Positions 45,573 through 57,527 of a stretch of DNA of 64,000 bases are shown here, one piece after another. This stretch comes from Octopus vulgaris (Eukaryota): contig OX597816.1 in assembly GCA_951406725.2 (NCBI GenBank), positions 79,794,001 to 79,858,000 on the forward strand, read 5' to 3'. The position numbers and the translations under genes are program-made. Position 1 is the first letter of the stretch, and every line of letters begins with the position of its first letter. Under the pieces are notes generated by a model. The model saw only the letters and a list, made by a program, of their open reading frames with translations. It was not told the origin of the DNA and made no database searches.

Positions 45573-47258
45573 GTTGAAATTTGACCAATATATATATGTT
45601 TATGCATCCGTAACTTAGCGGTTTGGAAAATGAGTACTGGTGTCGGTTCGTTCCACTAAAATTCTTCAATACGATGCCCTAGAAGGGCCGCAGTCTAATG
45701 ACGGAAGCAGATAAAAGAATAAATGAATACACGCACACTCACACATGTATGCATGTATGCATGTATGTATGCATGCATGCATGCATGCATGTATGTATGT
45801 ATGTATGTATGTATGTATGTATGCATGCATGCATGCATGTATGTATGTATGTATGTATGTATGTATGTATGTATGTATGTGTACAGGCGATGGTTAACTG
45901 TACTCTTAAGAACTCTATCCAATGTCATCCGCTACCGCAGTCGTATCATAGTATCCAAGTGGATAATTTGTTGTGCCAAAATTTGAAAATAAATTATTTC
46001 GTCATTATTTCTAGTTTAATACTTTATGAAATTATGATAACCAATAAACTTTCATTATTGGTCAAATTAACCACTTGACTTCCATACGTCAGGTACTCAA
46101 CAATTTTTAATGCCATTGTGCAACGACTCTCTTCTTAAAATTAATACACATGTACACGAGTACGCGTGCGTGCACACAGACACACACAGACGTATGCCTA
46201 ATTATGTGTGTGTGTGTGTGTGTGCGTGTGTGTGCGCGCGCGTGCGTATGCATGTGTGCGTGTGTGCATGTGTGTGTATGTGAGTGTATGTGTTTTGTGT
46301 GTACAGTACGTATATATATGTACAATTGGATGTATAGGTGTGTATGTGTGTGTCGTGTGGTATGGGGGTAGGTGTGTGTGTGGGTGTATGTGTGAGTGTG
46401 TGAAGGTACATTATCACTAGATGATTAAGAAATTCGCGACAAAGAAGTTTCAAGTTCAATCCTAATGTGTCGCACTTGGACAAATGTTATTTTCTACAAC
46501 GTCGTGACCACCGATATCTTGTCAGTAAGAATTGAAAGGTAGAAACCGCATTGAAGCGCCCAATGTGGTTTCATGAGGGGATTAAGTCGATTACATCAAC
46601 CTCAGTGCGTAATTGGTACTTATTTAATCGACCCCAAATGGATGAAAGTCAAAGATGACCTCGGCGGAATTTGAACACAGGACGTAGCGACGGGGGAAAT
46701 ACTGCTAAGCATTTCGCTCGGCGCGCTAACGATTCTGCCACCTCGCCATCTTAATAGGAAATTAAGTAATGACAAGGGAAAAAGAAATTATCAGGGAACT
46801 TCATTAACTTCTAGTTATGTCTGCTATATGATGCAATGCGCTCATATTTGAGTGCTTGTGTATCATCCTGTAACTTCACTGGAGCTTGAAAAATGAAGCC
46901 CAGTTTTATTTATGAAAGCATTGACATATATACACAAAACGCATTACCATCGATAAAAGCTCAAACACACACACGCACACACACGCACATACACACACAC
47001 GCACGCACACACACGCACACACACACACACACACTCACACATATACATATATATATATGCTTGCCGAGGAAATAGAGTTACTTAAGGGTTCACAGTTTCG
47101 TGCCAGTACTCTTTTCAAAAACGTGCATCGGAACTCAAATTCCTTAAGCACATGAAACTTCTCAGCCTATAAACATTTACCTGTACTATTAATTAGCACT
47201 CGAGTTCACTCCTCCTTTATGTAAATAAATCATTATCTGTGTTCGTGTATGTGAGTAC

Positions 47259-47375
<117 letters not shown>

Positions 47376-47418
47376 GATAGAGATAGAGAGAGGAGTTATA
47401 CAGCCATATATACACACA

Positions 47419-48236
47419 CACATTCAGAAAGTATCTGACTTCATATTTTCCGCCAAAACTAATACCACGTGGGCAGAGACGCGTGGAAATTTTCGTGACG
47501 TTAAGCTGCGCACTTCCCGTCTATCACACTTACAGTATAGGCGCGCTCGTCGGAGATTCGTTTTCGCCGAAAGCATCGAACAGTGATACTACATCAGGTT
47601 TAGCTAAAAGCCTGGTGATACTCAAGCTCAAACCACGCAGAAAATTCAGCAGGCTTCAGGCGATTATGTCATGTGCAAAGATCAAGGAGTGGTACAACTG
47701 CTTCAAACACGGTCGCACCACACTCGAGAGCGAAGCCTGCCAGACAGGCCATCCACAAAGCTGGAACGAGGAGCCAATTGAGAAGGTTCGGCAAATAGTC
47801 ATGGAAGACCGTCGTGTAACAATAAAAGAAATGGCTCACGAAGTGAGAATAAGCAATGGATCAGTGCATTCCTTTTTGACGGAGGATTTGTGCATGCGCA
47901 GAGTGTCGGCGAAATTCGTCCCCATTGTACTTGCGGTGCAGCAGATGCAACTTCTCATGGAAATCGCTCAGGACATGCTAGACAGTGCAAACACCGTCCC
48001 GAACTTCATGAAAACCAGCGATGAGACATAGGTTTATGGTCTCTGCTCGATGCGTTAGGTTATCTTGCGTGAAAACTAAACTACAAGTAGTGCGCACTGC
48101 GCGGGTATACTCCAGGCAACTGCTTCCGCTTACCGGCGCGAAAATTTTCCCGCATGTACCTCTCACTCAAGGGATTCTGCCAAGCGACATTACTTTTGGC
48201 GGGAAAACTTTAAGCCGTATACTTTTTGAATGCAAC
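47419..48236 (+). mobile_element. Internally deleted mariner element
   Basis: IKEWYNCFKHGRTTLESE..VMEDRRVTIKEMAHEV..LCMRRVSAKFVP..SDET*VYG. TIRs CATTCAGAAAGTAT..TTTTCCGCCAAAACTAAT / ATTACTTTTGGCGGGAAAA..ATACTTTTTGAATG. Confidence 0.9.
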
Positions 48237-48558
48237 TACTACATATATATTAATATATATTATTTTATTCTTTAACTTGTTTCAGTCATTTGACAGTGGC
48301 CATGCTGGAGCACCACATTTAGTCGAAGAAACTAACCCTAGATCATATTCTTTGTAAGCCTAGTACTTATTCTATCGGACTCTTTTGCCGAACCGTTAAG
48401 TTACGGGGAAGTAAACACACCAACATCGGTTGTCATGCGATGGCGGGGAACAAACACAGGCACACAATTACATACATATATATAGTGGGACTGAACTCGG
48501 AATCACGTGGTTGGGACGCAAGCTTCTTACCACACAGCCACTTCTGCGCCTATGTATG

Positions 48559-48626
<68 letters not shown>

Positions 48627-48841
48627 ATATGGGATAACATTTTTCGAAAAAAATTTTATCAATGGCCAGCATATTAAAAATACCTTTAAGGTTAAATTTA
48701 TAAACAACTTATAAACAAAGGTAAAAGAAAAAAAATTCTAATGCCGAATATGCCGAAACTAGACACATCGTCCATAACCATATAATTTATCACTATAAGC
48801 ACGCGTCTTCTTCGAGAAGACGATATAACGACATTTTTCAA

Positions 48842-48893
<52 letters not shown>

Positions 48894-49170
48894 GCATACA
48901 CACACACACACACATATATATATATGGCTGAAACAAGTAAAAGTAAAAGAATATATAAACACGAACATACACGTATGGCTTTGTGTATGTGTGTGTGTGT
49001 GCGTGAGAGAGAGAGACATAGACAGACAGGTAGACAGACAGAGACAGAGGTAGAAATTATAGAAGATTTATTGAAGCCTTGGCTAAAATGTTTAACGCTA
49101 AACGATAAGAAGAAAAGTAATCTTCGTTATTCTCGCAAATACCTCTATCTCCATATCTATTATAACATCC

Positions 49171-49251
49171 CAAAATAACATTAATTCCGCAAACCAGGAG
49201 AAAATTAAAAAAACATTTACCCTGTAGTTCTTTATACGATGCACCGTTTCA
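49171..49251 (-). repeat. Inverted partial copy of the 484-bp unit (3' half of the hammerhead plus downstream sequence)
   Basis: Near-exact reverse complement of about 49647-49727 (TGAAACGGTGCATCGTATAAAG...GCGGAATTAATGTT). Confidence 0.9.
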
Positions 49252-49564
49252 CCCTTGGCTGTTATTTCTAGTGGGTGAATGGCCTATTATGGCCGTTCCT
49301 TGATTTTACTGTTGAATTTATAAATGGTCTATGACTATTTAATTTTTTCCCACTAGGCCGCTGGTGGCAAAAGAATTCTACGAAATTTTTTGCCACCCTA
49401 TATTGATTAATTATGAATTTTCTGGTTAATTCCGTAATGGAATCGGCGGCTTATATTTGCTGCCGATAAATTTGGCGCGAGTGCGATGATTTGAAAATTT
49501 TAGGTCATATATTGCCGAGACAGTGATGGAAGTGCCTCGTGTAAATATCTGCTCCGATCTGGCC

Positions 49565-49671
49565 GTTCTTTACTGACGAATCTATCGGCCTATGGAAGAC
49601 TAGCTTGATTTAATTTAATCACGTTAGTTTACCATTAAACAATAGATGAAACGGTGCATCGTATAAAGAAC
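49565..49671 (+). ncRNA. Type I hammerhead ribozyme, unit 1
   Basis: Stem I GTTCTTTA(49565-72)/TAAAGAAC(49664-71); CTGACGA 49573-79; long stem II closed by ATCTAT/ATAGAT; GAAA 49648-51; short stem III ACG-GTGCAT-CGT; GUA cleavage triplet ending at 49663. Confidence 0.85.
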
Positions 49672-50048
49672 TACAGGGTAAATGTTTTTTTAATTTTCTC
49701 CTGGTTTGCGGAATTAATGTTGTTTAGCGGTTGAAGCCTTGGCTGTTATTTCTAGTGGGTGAATGACCTATTATGGCCGTTCCTTGATTTTACTGTTGAA
49801 TTTATAAATGGTCTATGACTATTTAATTTTTTCCCACTAGGCCGCTGGTGGCAAAAGAATTCTACGAAATTTTTTGCCACCCTATATTGATTAATTATGA
49901 ATTTTCTGGTTAATTCCGTAATGGAATCGGCGGCTTATATTTGCTGCCGATAAATTTGGCGCGAGTGCGATGATTTGAAAATTTTAGGTCAGATATTGCC
50001 GAGACAGTGATGGAAGTGCCTCGTGTAAATATCTGCTCCGATCTGGCC

Positions 50049-50155
50049 GTTCTTTACTGACGAATCTATCGGCCTATGGAAGACTAGCTTGATTTAATTT
50101 AATCAGGTTAGTTTACCATTAAACAATAGATGAAACGGTGCATCGTATAAAGAAC
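50049..50155 (+). ncRNA. Type I hammerhead ribozyme, unit 2
   Basis: Same core as unit 1 shifted by 484 (CTGACGA 50057-63). The variant AATCAGGTTAG pairs better with CTAGCTTGATT in stem II. Confidence 0.85.
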
Positions 50156-50291
50156 TACAGGGTAAATGTTTTTTTAATTTTCTCCTGGTTTGCGGAATTA
50201 ATGTTGTTTTGCGGTTGAAGCCTTGGCTGTTATTTCTAGTGGGTGAATGGCCTATTATGGCCGTTCCTTGATTTTGCTATATATATATATA

Positions 50292-50523
50292 TACGAGGAG
50301 GTGTTGAAACGTTCCTGGCTTTAAGGGTGTCGCGAAAGGCCTGGTTGGTGGCCCAACCTTCTGAGTTCTTTAAAAGAGCTTAGAAAAGCTGAAGGACCGC
50401 CGCCGCAATGAGTGTGGGAATCTGAGAGGGGAATATGTTGGATACAATCATAATTAATTAACTGATCCTCCTGCATTTTCTTTTATCCAAAGCCAGGAAC
50501 TTTTCAGCACCACCCACCTCGTA
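50292..50523. mobile_element. Mariner-type MITE (TACGAGG ends)
   Basis: TACGAGGAGGTGTTGAAACGTTCCTGGCTTT / AAAGCCAGGAACTTTTCAGCACCACCCACCTCGTA. Same family as 21345-21554 in opposite orientation. Confidence 0.8.
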
Positions 50524-50816
50524 TATATGTAAACATATATATATATATATGTTCAGACAGTCGTGCATAGTGTGTGTGTGTATGTGTGCGTGTGCGTGTG
50601 TATGCATGCGTGCACGTGCGTTTGAAATGAAGATATTTAGGCGGTTTACCAAATTCTGTTTTCGTCCACTTTATTTTATACCAATGATGAATTTTCGAAT
50701 ATTGTTCTGCTTGGTGACTGATAGTGAAAACAACATCTGTGTTTATATACATTTTGCACATGTTGAAATGTGACTGTATTTTGGTGCAAAATGCAATACA
50801 TACATACATACATACA

Positions 50817-50923
<107 letters not shown>

Positions 50924-50989
50924 TATAAATTGCATTTTGCACCAAAAGCCAATATGAGAGAAACTGTCATGGTCGCTATCGCAGCATAT

Positions 50990-51406
50990 TCATTTACTTG
51001 TTTCAGTCATTTTGACTGCAGCCATGCAGCAATACCGCCTTTAGTCGAACAAACCAACCCCAGGACTTATTCTTTGTAAGCTTAGTACTTACTCTGTCCG
51101 TCTCTTTTGCCGAACCGCTAAGTTACGGGGACATAAACACACCAACATCGGTTGTCAAGCGATGGTGGGGAACAAACACAGACACACAATTGCTCGCAAA
51201 CATACACACACACACACTCACACACATACACACACACATAAACGACTGGCTTCTTTTAGTTTCAGTCTACCAAATCCACTCACGTGACTTTGATGAGCCC
51301 GAGGCTATAGTAGAAGACACTTGCCTAAGGTTCCACGCAGCGGGACTGAACCCGGAACCATGTGGTTGGGAAACAAGCTCCTTACCCCGCAGCCACTCCT
51401 ACGCCT
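50990..51406 (-). mobile_element. Full-length CORE-like SINE
   Basis: Same family as 60920-61339, more diverged. Confidence 0.85.
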
Positions 51407-51637
51407 AGGTTGTTCTTCCATTTTTTCTAACAGAACATCCACGTTTAAAATGGTTAATTTGATGTATTTCCGTGTATCATTCGGCTTGTATTATATTCTG
51501 TTATATTATACCTCTAAATTACATGTAAATTGATATTATACTCAAGCATATTGAGCACTTTGGTAAACTTTGCATGGAAATATATTCTTATTATATTTCT
51601 TATTATATACTGTTTATACATACACGAGTATATGTGC

Positions 51638-51683
<46 letters not shown>

Positions 51684-51915
51684 AATACGTAAGATTCAGT
51701 TGAATAATGTACTTAAGTTGGTGCGCCTAGTTAAGTTGGAATAAGATACAACAACAATAATTTGCAAATATCAACCTTGATGTATAAGATTCAGCTGAGT
51801 ATGCAATCCCCTCTTGAGCTATTCAGACATGTACATTTTATTAAAATACCCAATCCGCCAATAAACTTCAGAATAAGCGTTCTGAGCCAGGTGAATAACA
51901 TATAAATACATAACA

Positions 51916-51976
<61 letters not shown>

Positions 51977-52071
51977 TAATCCAAACAAGAAAACACAGAA
52001 AAAAACACAGCAACGCGAGGACGTAGAACAATTAAAGTATTATTTGACGTTCAGGAAAGAAGGGAAGGAGG

Positions 52072-52106
52072 GTTTAACGTTTCGAGCGGAGCTCTTCGTC
52101 GGAAAC
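52072..52106 (-). ncRNA. Variant minimal hammerhead-like motif (CCGACGA core)
   Basis: Minus strand reads GTTT-CCGACGA-A-GAGC-TCC-GCTC-GAAA-CG-TT-AAAC. It lies inside a (TA)n-flanked repeat (about 51972-52170) whose start recurs at about 61788. Confidence 0.5.
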
Positions 52107-52167
52107 AAAGGAGAAGGAAAGATCCCGAGAAGGGAAGACAGAGGAAAAAATTTTTTTGCCGGTGGTG

Positions 52168-52209
<42 letters not shown>

Positions 52210-52379
52210 GAGGGAGAGAGAGACAGAAACAGGTAGACAAAAATAAACAGACATTTTATGTGTATATAAATAAATATTACGTTGCTTTCTTCTCAAACGA
52301 TGGAGTCAGCATTGCCTTTTGTATGTATGAACGTAAATCTTTATTGTACCACTTATAGAGTGAATCACCAGTTTTGTAG

Positions 52380-52410
<31 letters not shown>

Positions 52411-53667
52411 CACGCGCGTGTGTGTAATACTACACGCACACACTTTTGCGAGAGAATACATATATATAAGTAACGGTTTACTTTTTATAATTACATAAAG
52501 AAAAGATTTGACGTTTTTTAGTTCTTAAGTTCGCAAGCGGCGTCCCATTCCATCCCTTCTCCGAGGATTGTAAACGAACCTTAATTCAATTCGTTAGGGT
52601 TCTCCTTTTGGTTCACCTCACTGCCCTATATAATTTCTTCTTTGTAAATACTTAAGTAGAGGTGGTGAGAGAAATAGGAAACGATGATTATCACGCCTCT
52701 ACCGATTCGTATCGAAACAAAATTGAAGAGATTTTAGAATTTCTTTACCCCCTGTCTCCTATTCGGTTATCGATAATATTGGTATCAAGTTTTGGTACAA
52801 GGCCAGCAGTTTCGTGATCGGGAGCTAGTCTACTCAGTACTCAAACTGTACTTATTTTATTGACCCTGAATGGATGAAAGACAAAGTCGACCTCGGTGGA
52901 ATTTTAGATCAGAAAGTTAAGACAGACGAAATGCCGCAAAGCATTTTGCCCGGCGTGCCAATGATTCTGCCAGCTCGCCTCTTATAATACCAGGCTTTAA
53001 GGCGGTAAGCTGGCAGAATCGCTAGCACACTGAGCAAAATTCTTAGTAGCATTTCGTCTTTCTCAAAGTTCTGAGTTCAAATTCCGTCGAGGTCGATATT
53101 GCCTGTCATCCTTTCGGGAGTCGATAAAATAACTACCATTTGAACACTGAGGTCGATTTAATCGACTTATCCCTTCCCATGAAAATGCTGGTTCTCTGCC
53201 TAAATTTGAAATCAATATTACTATCAGCATATTCTGGGCACGAATCAACTGTCTGCACCACTTCCTGGCAGAACGATCTTCCTGTGTCAATGTGGAAAAT
53301 CAAAATGGTTTACCATACAAGCATGAAAGAACAACTTTCCTCGTATTTCTGTTGAACTCCTTTGGCCTGAGAGCCGTGGAAAACTCAACATACCCCAGTC
53401 CCAAAAAGATTGTTATTGTCTGTTATTTAACTTCAAGTAAACTCTGACCGAATAGACATATGATCGAAAGCATTCTAACCGTGATCATCCTGTCATTTTA
53501 GAGGTATGGAAGACTGTATCAATTGTATCTTTTCCTATTTAAAGACGATAGCTTGTGATTCAAGGGAGATTTGACTGCTATTTCTAGCTTACCAGACGAC
53601 CACACAGAGGCTCTCACACAAACGACTACACAGAAGTTCTCTCACCGACGACCTCACAGAGGCTCTC

Positions 53668-53705
53668 ACACCTGTTCTCTTCACTCAAGTGAAGAGAACA
53701 GGTGT
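53668..53705. repeat. Perfect 18-bp-arm palindrome following a ~25-bp x3 minisatellite
   Basis: ACACCTGTTCTCTTCACT-CA-AGTGAAGAGAACAGGTGT, preceded by ACGACcaCACAGAgGcTCTC-like repeats at about 53596-53671. Confidence 0.9.
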
Positions 53706-54210
53706 TAGTCCACTATGACCATGTATCTGTGTTACATGTGATAAAATTAGCTTATGATGGAGTCTGCACAAGGTCAGTCGATTTGCTAGAAATAGAAACC
53801 AATTCTTCCTTAAGCCACACACCCCACCACCTTAAAAAAAGGTAAAGACCTATAATATATTGTAACAATCCTTGATAAATTATGCTCATAAAATGTACAG
53901 CAGCATGACTAGGACTGTAATGTGCTTGATCAAAACATTTGGGCGGAGGCGGGGTGGGGGGATCTGAAAAACAGAATCAACAACAATGATGATAACAACA
54001 ACACCTGCAAAAACAGCAGCAACAGCAACGATAACAGCAGAAAGAGCAACAGCAGCAATGACAAGGACAATAATAACAACAGCAACAGATTCAACGTTAA
54101 TAGATAGAGCGATATATTAAGAGAATTTGAGCTTAGCCACTCCGCAGTATAAAACAAGAACCAAACACCATTTCCGAAAAGCTCATCGTCCTTATATTCG
54201 TTTACTAAAA

Positions 54211-54361
54211 CAGTCATGGGTAAATTGCGGTCCGCGTTCTTTCTGAATGGCACACCTAACGAAAAGTTACCTAGAAATATTTTTTTTTCTATCGTGCGGC
54301 CCAGCTGATGATGATTCATGTCTCATTCGACCCGCTTCTCGGAAAATGTTGTCTATGCCCG
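54211..54361. mobile_element. Possible decayed hAT-type MITE
   Basis: CAGTCATGGGTAAATTGCGGTCCGCG...GTGCGGCCC...TTGTCTATGCCCG resembles hAT ends. No clear 8-bp target-site duplication (TSD). Confidence 0.35.
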
Positions 54362-54439
54362 CAGTAGACAAACAATCTACGAGAAATAACAAACGAAAGA
54401 CCTCAAATAGTATTCTAAAGTTTTAAAAATGGGAAGGCA

Positions 54440-54655
54440 TTCATTCCCACTCTAGGCACAAGGGCCGAAATTCTGGAGGAGTGGGGGGCAGTCGATTAGA
54501 TCGACCCCAGTATGCAACTGGTCCTTAATTTATCGACCCCGAAAGGATGAAAGGCAAAGTCGACCTCGGCGGAATTTGAACTCAGAACGTAAAGACAGAC
54601 GAAATACCTCCAAGTATTTCGCCCGGCATGCTAATGTTTCTGCCAGCTCGCCGCC
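54440..54655 (-). mobile_element. tRNA-derived SINE with Meta-domain-like core
   Basis: Minus strand GGCGGCGAGCTGGCAGAAAC..GAGTTCAAATTCC..GGTCGACTTTGCCTTTCATCCTTTCGGGGTCGATAAA, with a degenerate ~20-bp TSD TTAAAAATGRGAAG..ATTC. Other copies lie at about 2530-2856, 33143-33351, 44661-44875, 46577-46750, 52780-52983 and 53000-53213. Confidence 0.85.
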
Positions 54656-55075
54656 TTAAAAATGAGAAGATATTCTTTTTTACTCTGAGTATACTTGCTA
54701 ATCTACACTCAATATGTAGTTATTAATATTCGGAACAGATGAGATGGCCCGGAGTGGTAACTCTTTAATCATACGTCTTGTATATCAAAGGCAACCTTCT
54801 TTCCCCACCTTCATGATCTGTGATTGTTATTGCTCAGCCACAGTTAAATACATATCTACAAGACTCACGATCATTTAGCTATGATCATACAATATTATTT
54901 ACCAACAGTATATCTAGGACTTCATTATCTAACTGATGTTCTCTTTTTCTATGACAGTGTTATGTGATGCAGGAAATTCAGCAAATATTTCTGGCTGTTC
55001 GAGTGAAAACTTTAAAAGGCACTACAAAAGCACACCATTCATTGGCATTCTTCCCCTGTTTATATGTATGTATGT

Positions 55076-55449
55076 GGAGGCGCAATGGCCCAGTGGTTAG
55101 GGCAGCGGACTCGCGGTCGTAGGATCGCGGTTTCGATTCCCAGACCGGGCGTTGTGAGTGTTTATTGAGCAAAAACACCTAAAGCTCCACGATGCTCCGG
55201 CAGGGATGGTGGTGATCCCTGCTGTACTCTTTCACCACAACTTTCTCTCACTCTTACTTCCTGTTTCTGTTGTGCCTGTATTTCAAAGGGCCGGCCTTGT
55301 CACTCTGTGTCACGCTGAATATCCCTGAGAACTGCGTTAAGGGTACACGTGTCTGTGGAGTGCTCAGCCACTTACACGTTAATTTCACGAGCAGGCTGTT
55401 CCGTTGATCGGATCAACCGGAACCCTCGTCGTCGTAACCGACGGAGTGC
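55076..55449 (+). mobile_element. tRNA-derived SINE, tail type A
   Basis: Head GGAGGCGCAATGGCCCAGTGGTTAGGGCAGCGGACTCGCGGTCGTAGGATCGCGGTTTCGATTCCC with A and B boxes. Confidence 0.85.
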
Positions 55450-55545
55450 TTCCATCCATATGTATGTATGTAAATATGTATATATGTATGTGTATGTACA
55501 TATATATCAAGAAAAGGAGCCCCTCGAGCAATAGAAATTAATCTT

Positions 55546-55852
55546 GTTATTATTTGTTCCTTCTCGAGCCACGCCTGGCTCATAGGGCCGGTTTCTCGGT
55601 TTCCTTGGCGTGTAGGTTTCCCACCTGGACGGGACGCCGGTCCGTCGCAGGTGAGCTGCAAGATGCAGGAGGAAAGAGTGAGAGAAAGTTGTGGTGAAAG
55701 AGTCAGCAGAGGTTCACCATTACCTTCTGCCAGAGCCGCGTGGAGCTTAGGTGTTTCGCTCATAAACACACACATCGCCCGGTCTGAGATTCGAACCCGC
55801 GATCCCTCGACCGAGAGTCCGCTGCTCTAACCACTAGGCCATGTGGCTCCAC
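55546..55852 (-). mobile_element. tRNA-derived SINE, tail type B (V-domain-like), with 13-bp TSD
   Basis: Head related to 55076. Contains TGCGACGGACCGGCGTCCCGTCCAGG. TSD AGAAATTAATCTT at 55533-55545 and 55853-55865. Confidence 0.9.
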
Positions 55853-55867
55853 AGAAATTAATCTTAA

Positions 55868-56727
55868 TGGTTTCAAATTTTAGCACAAGGTCGGTAAATT
55901 TGGAGTAGTGGGTAATTTGATTACATTGACCTACGTGCTCAACTGGTGCATTATTTTATCGAGTTTGAAATCATAAAAGGCAAAGTTAAACTCGCTTGAT
56001 TTTGAACTCAGAACGTCGGAGGAAAAAACGGCGAAACAGTTTGCCCGATGCGTTAACAATTCAGCCAGTTCGCCATCCTAAGAAGTTAATCATTCTTTCT
56101 AGTTTAGGCACAAGACTAACAATTCAGAAGCGGAGAACTCGATTACATCCATTCCAATGCTCAAATTGGTATGAATTTTACCCCCCCCCAAAAAAAAATA
56201 TGAAAAACAAAGTTGACCTCGACGGCATTTGAACTCAGAACGTAAAGAGGCAGAACAAATGCTGTTAAGCATTTTGCCTGAAGCGTTAACGATACCGTTA
56301 ATTCGAAGTCTCAATTAGTTTCAAATTTTGGTACAAAGGTCAGCGATTTCGGAGCGTGGGGTAAATCGATTACATCGACCCCAATACCAACTGGTAATTA
56401 ATTTATCGACAACGAAAAGATTAAAGGCAAAGTCGACCTCGGTGGAATTTGAACGTAAAAATGAACGAAACGCTCCTAAGTGTTTTACCTGGTATGCTAA
56501 CAATTCCACCATCTCACCGCCTTCTAACAAGTTAATATTCATTTCAAATTTTGGCAAAAGGCCGGCAGTTTCGGAGGAGGTAAGTCAAATACTTATGCTA
56601 TCGACTCCGAAAGGATGAAAGTCAAAGTAGACATCGGCAGAATTTGAACTCAGAACTTGAAACGGTCGAAATATTGTTAAGCATTTCGCCCTGCGTGGTG
56701 TAACGATTCTGTAAGCTCACTGTCTTT
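55868..56727 (-). mobile_element. Tandem cluster of 4 diverged Meta-like SINE copies
   Basis: Repeated AAAG(T)CGACCTCGG/GAACTCAGAAC modules at about 55980, 56210, 56430 and 56625. Confidence 0.8.
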
Positions 56728-56776
56728 TAACAAGTCAATATTAATAGCAAATATTACAAATCATAGATGTAATTAC

Positions 56777-56809
<33 letters not shown>

Positions 56810-57204
56810 CCGTCGTCAATAGAAATGTTTAAGGTGAAGAGAATTTAATACTATGTGTATATTTAACTGATGCATTTAAATTAACGAGATATAGAATTTA
56901 CAACTGGGCGACGTACAATATCTTGAGCAAATACCGGTCCTGAAAGACGTATAAATTATTATATAAGTACTGATAGCATTTCTGTCAAAAAGATTATTAA
57001 AACATCCACAAAAAAGTGATTTAAAAGCTATTAAAGACGTAGATAATTTGGGCTGGTTAGCAAAATACATGTGGCCGCATGATCAAAAAGATTTCTTCCC
57101 AGCTATGTGTCGATCGGTTGACACCTAATGCGTGGCACCTTGGGCGAGTCTCTCCCATTATAGCACCGGGCCGACAAGAACCGCCGAAACTGAAAGTAGC
57201 ACGT

Positions 57205-57262
<58 letters not shown>

Positions 57263-57382
57263 GGATTCTGTCATTTTGCAATTAACTAATAAATGATAAT
57301 TGATGTAAATGAATTATTATTCATCAATTTCAACACACACACACGCACACATATATATATATACATATGCATATACATATAC

Positions 57383-57414
<32 letters not shown>

Positions 57415-57496
57415 GTATATATAAATAATATTTATATATACATATAAACATACATATATATATATATGTATATGCATATACATATACATATATATA

Positions 57497-57527
<31 letters not shown>

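Larger units (their letters stand above)
49253..50275 (+). mobile_element. Tandem 484-bp hammerhead-containing repeat (about 2.1 units); retrozyme / Penelope-like pseudo-LTR array
   Basis: Units start CCTTGGCTGTTATTTCTAG at 49253, 49737 and 50221 (period 484). By eye there are about 4 substitutions between units 1 and 2. Each full unit carries a hammerhead, an inverted partial copy precedes the array and (TA)n follows it. Confidence 0.85.

Noticed and set aside
47483-48031. Functional mariner transposase gene (182-aa ORF)
   Set aside because: It stops just after the first catalytic Asp, and the rest of the DD34D domain is deleted.
53596-53671. CRISPR-like repeat array
   Set aside because: The repeats are adjacent and degenerate without unique spacers, the context is eukaryotic and there are no cas genes.
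55076-55151. tRNA gene
   Set aside because: It has A/B boxes but no proper acceptor stem and continues into a SINE body seen in other copies.
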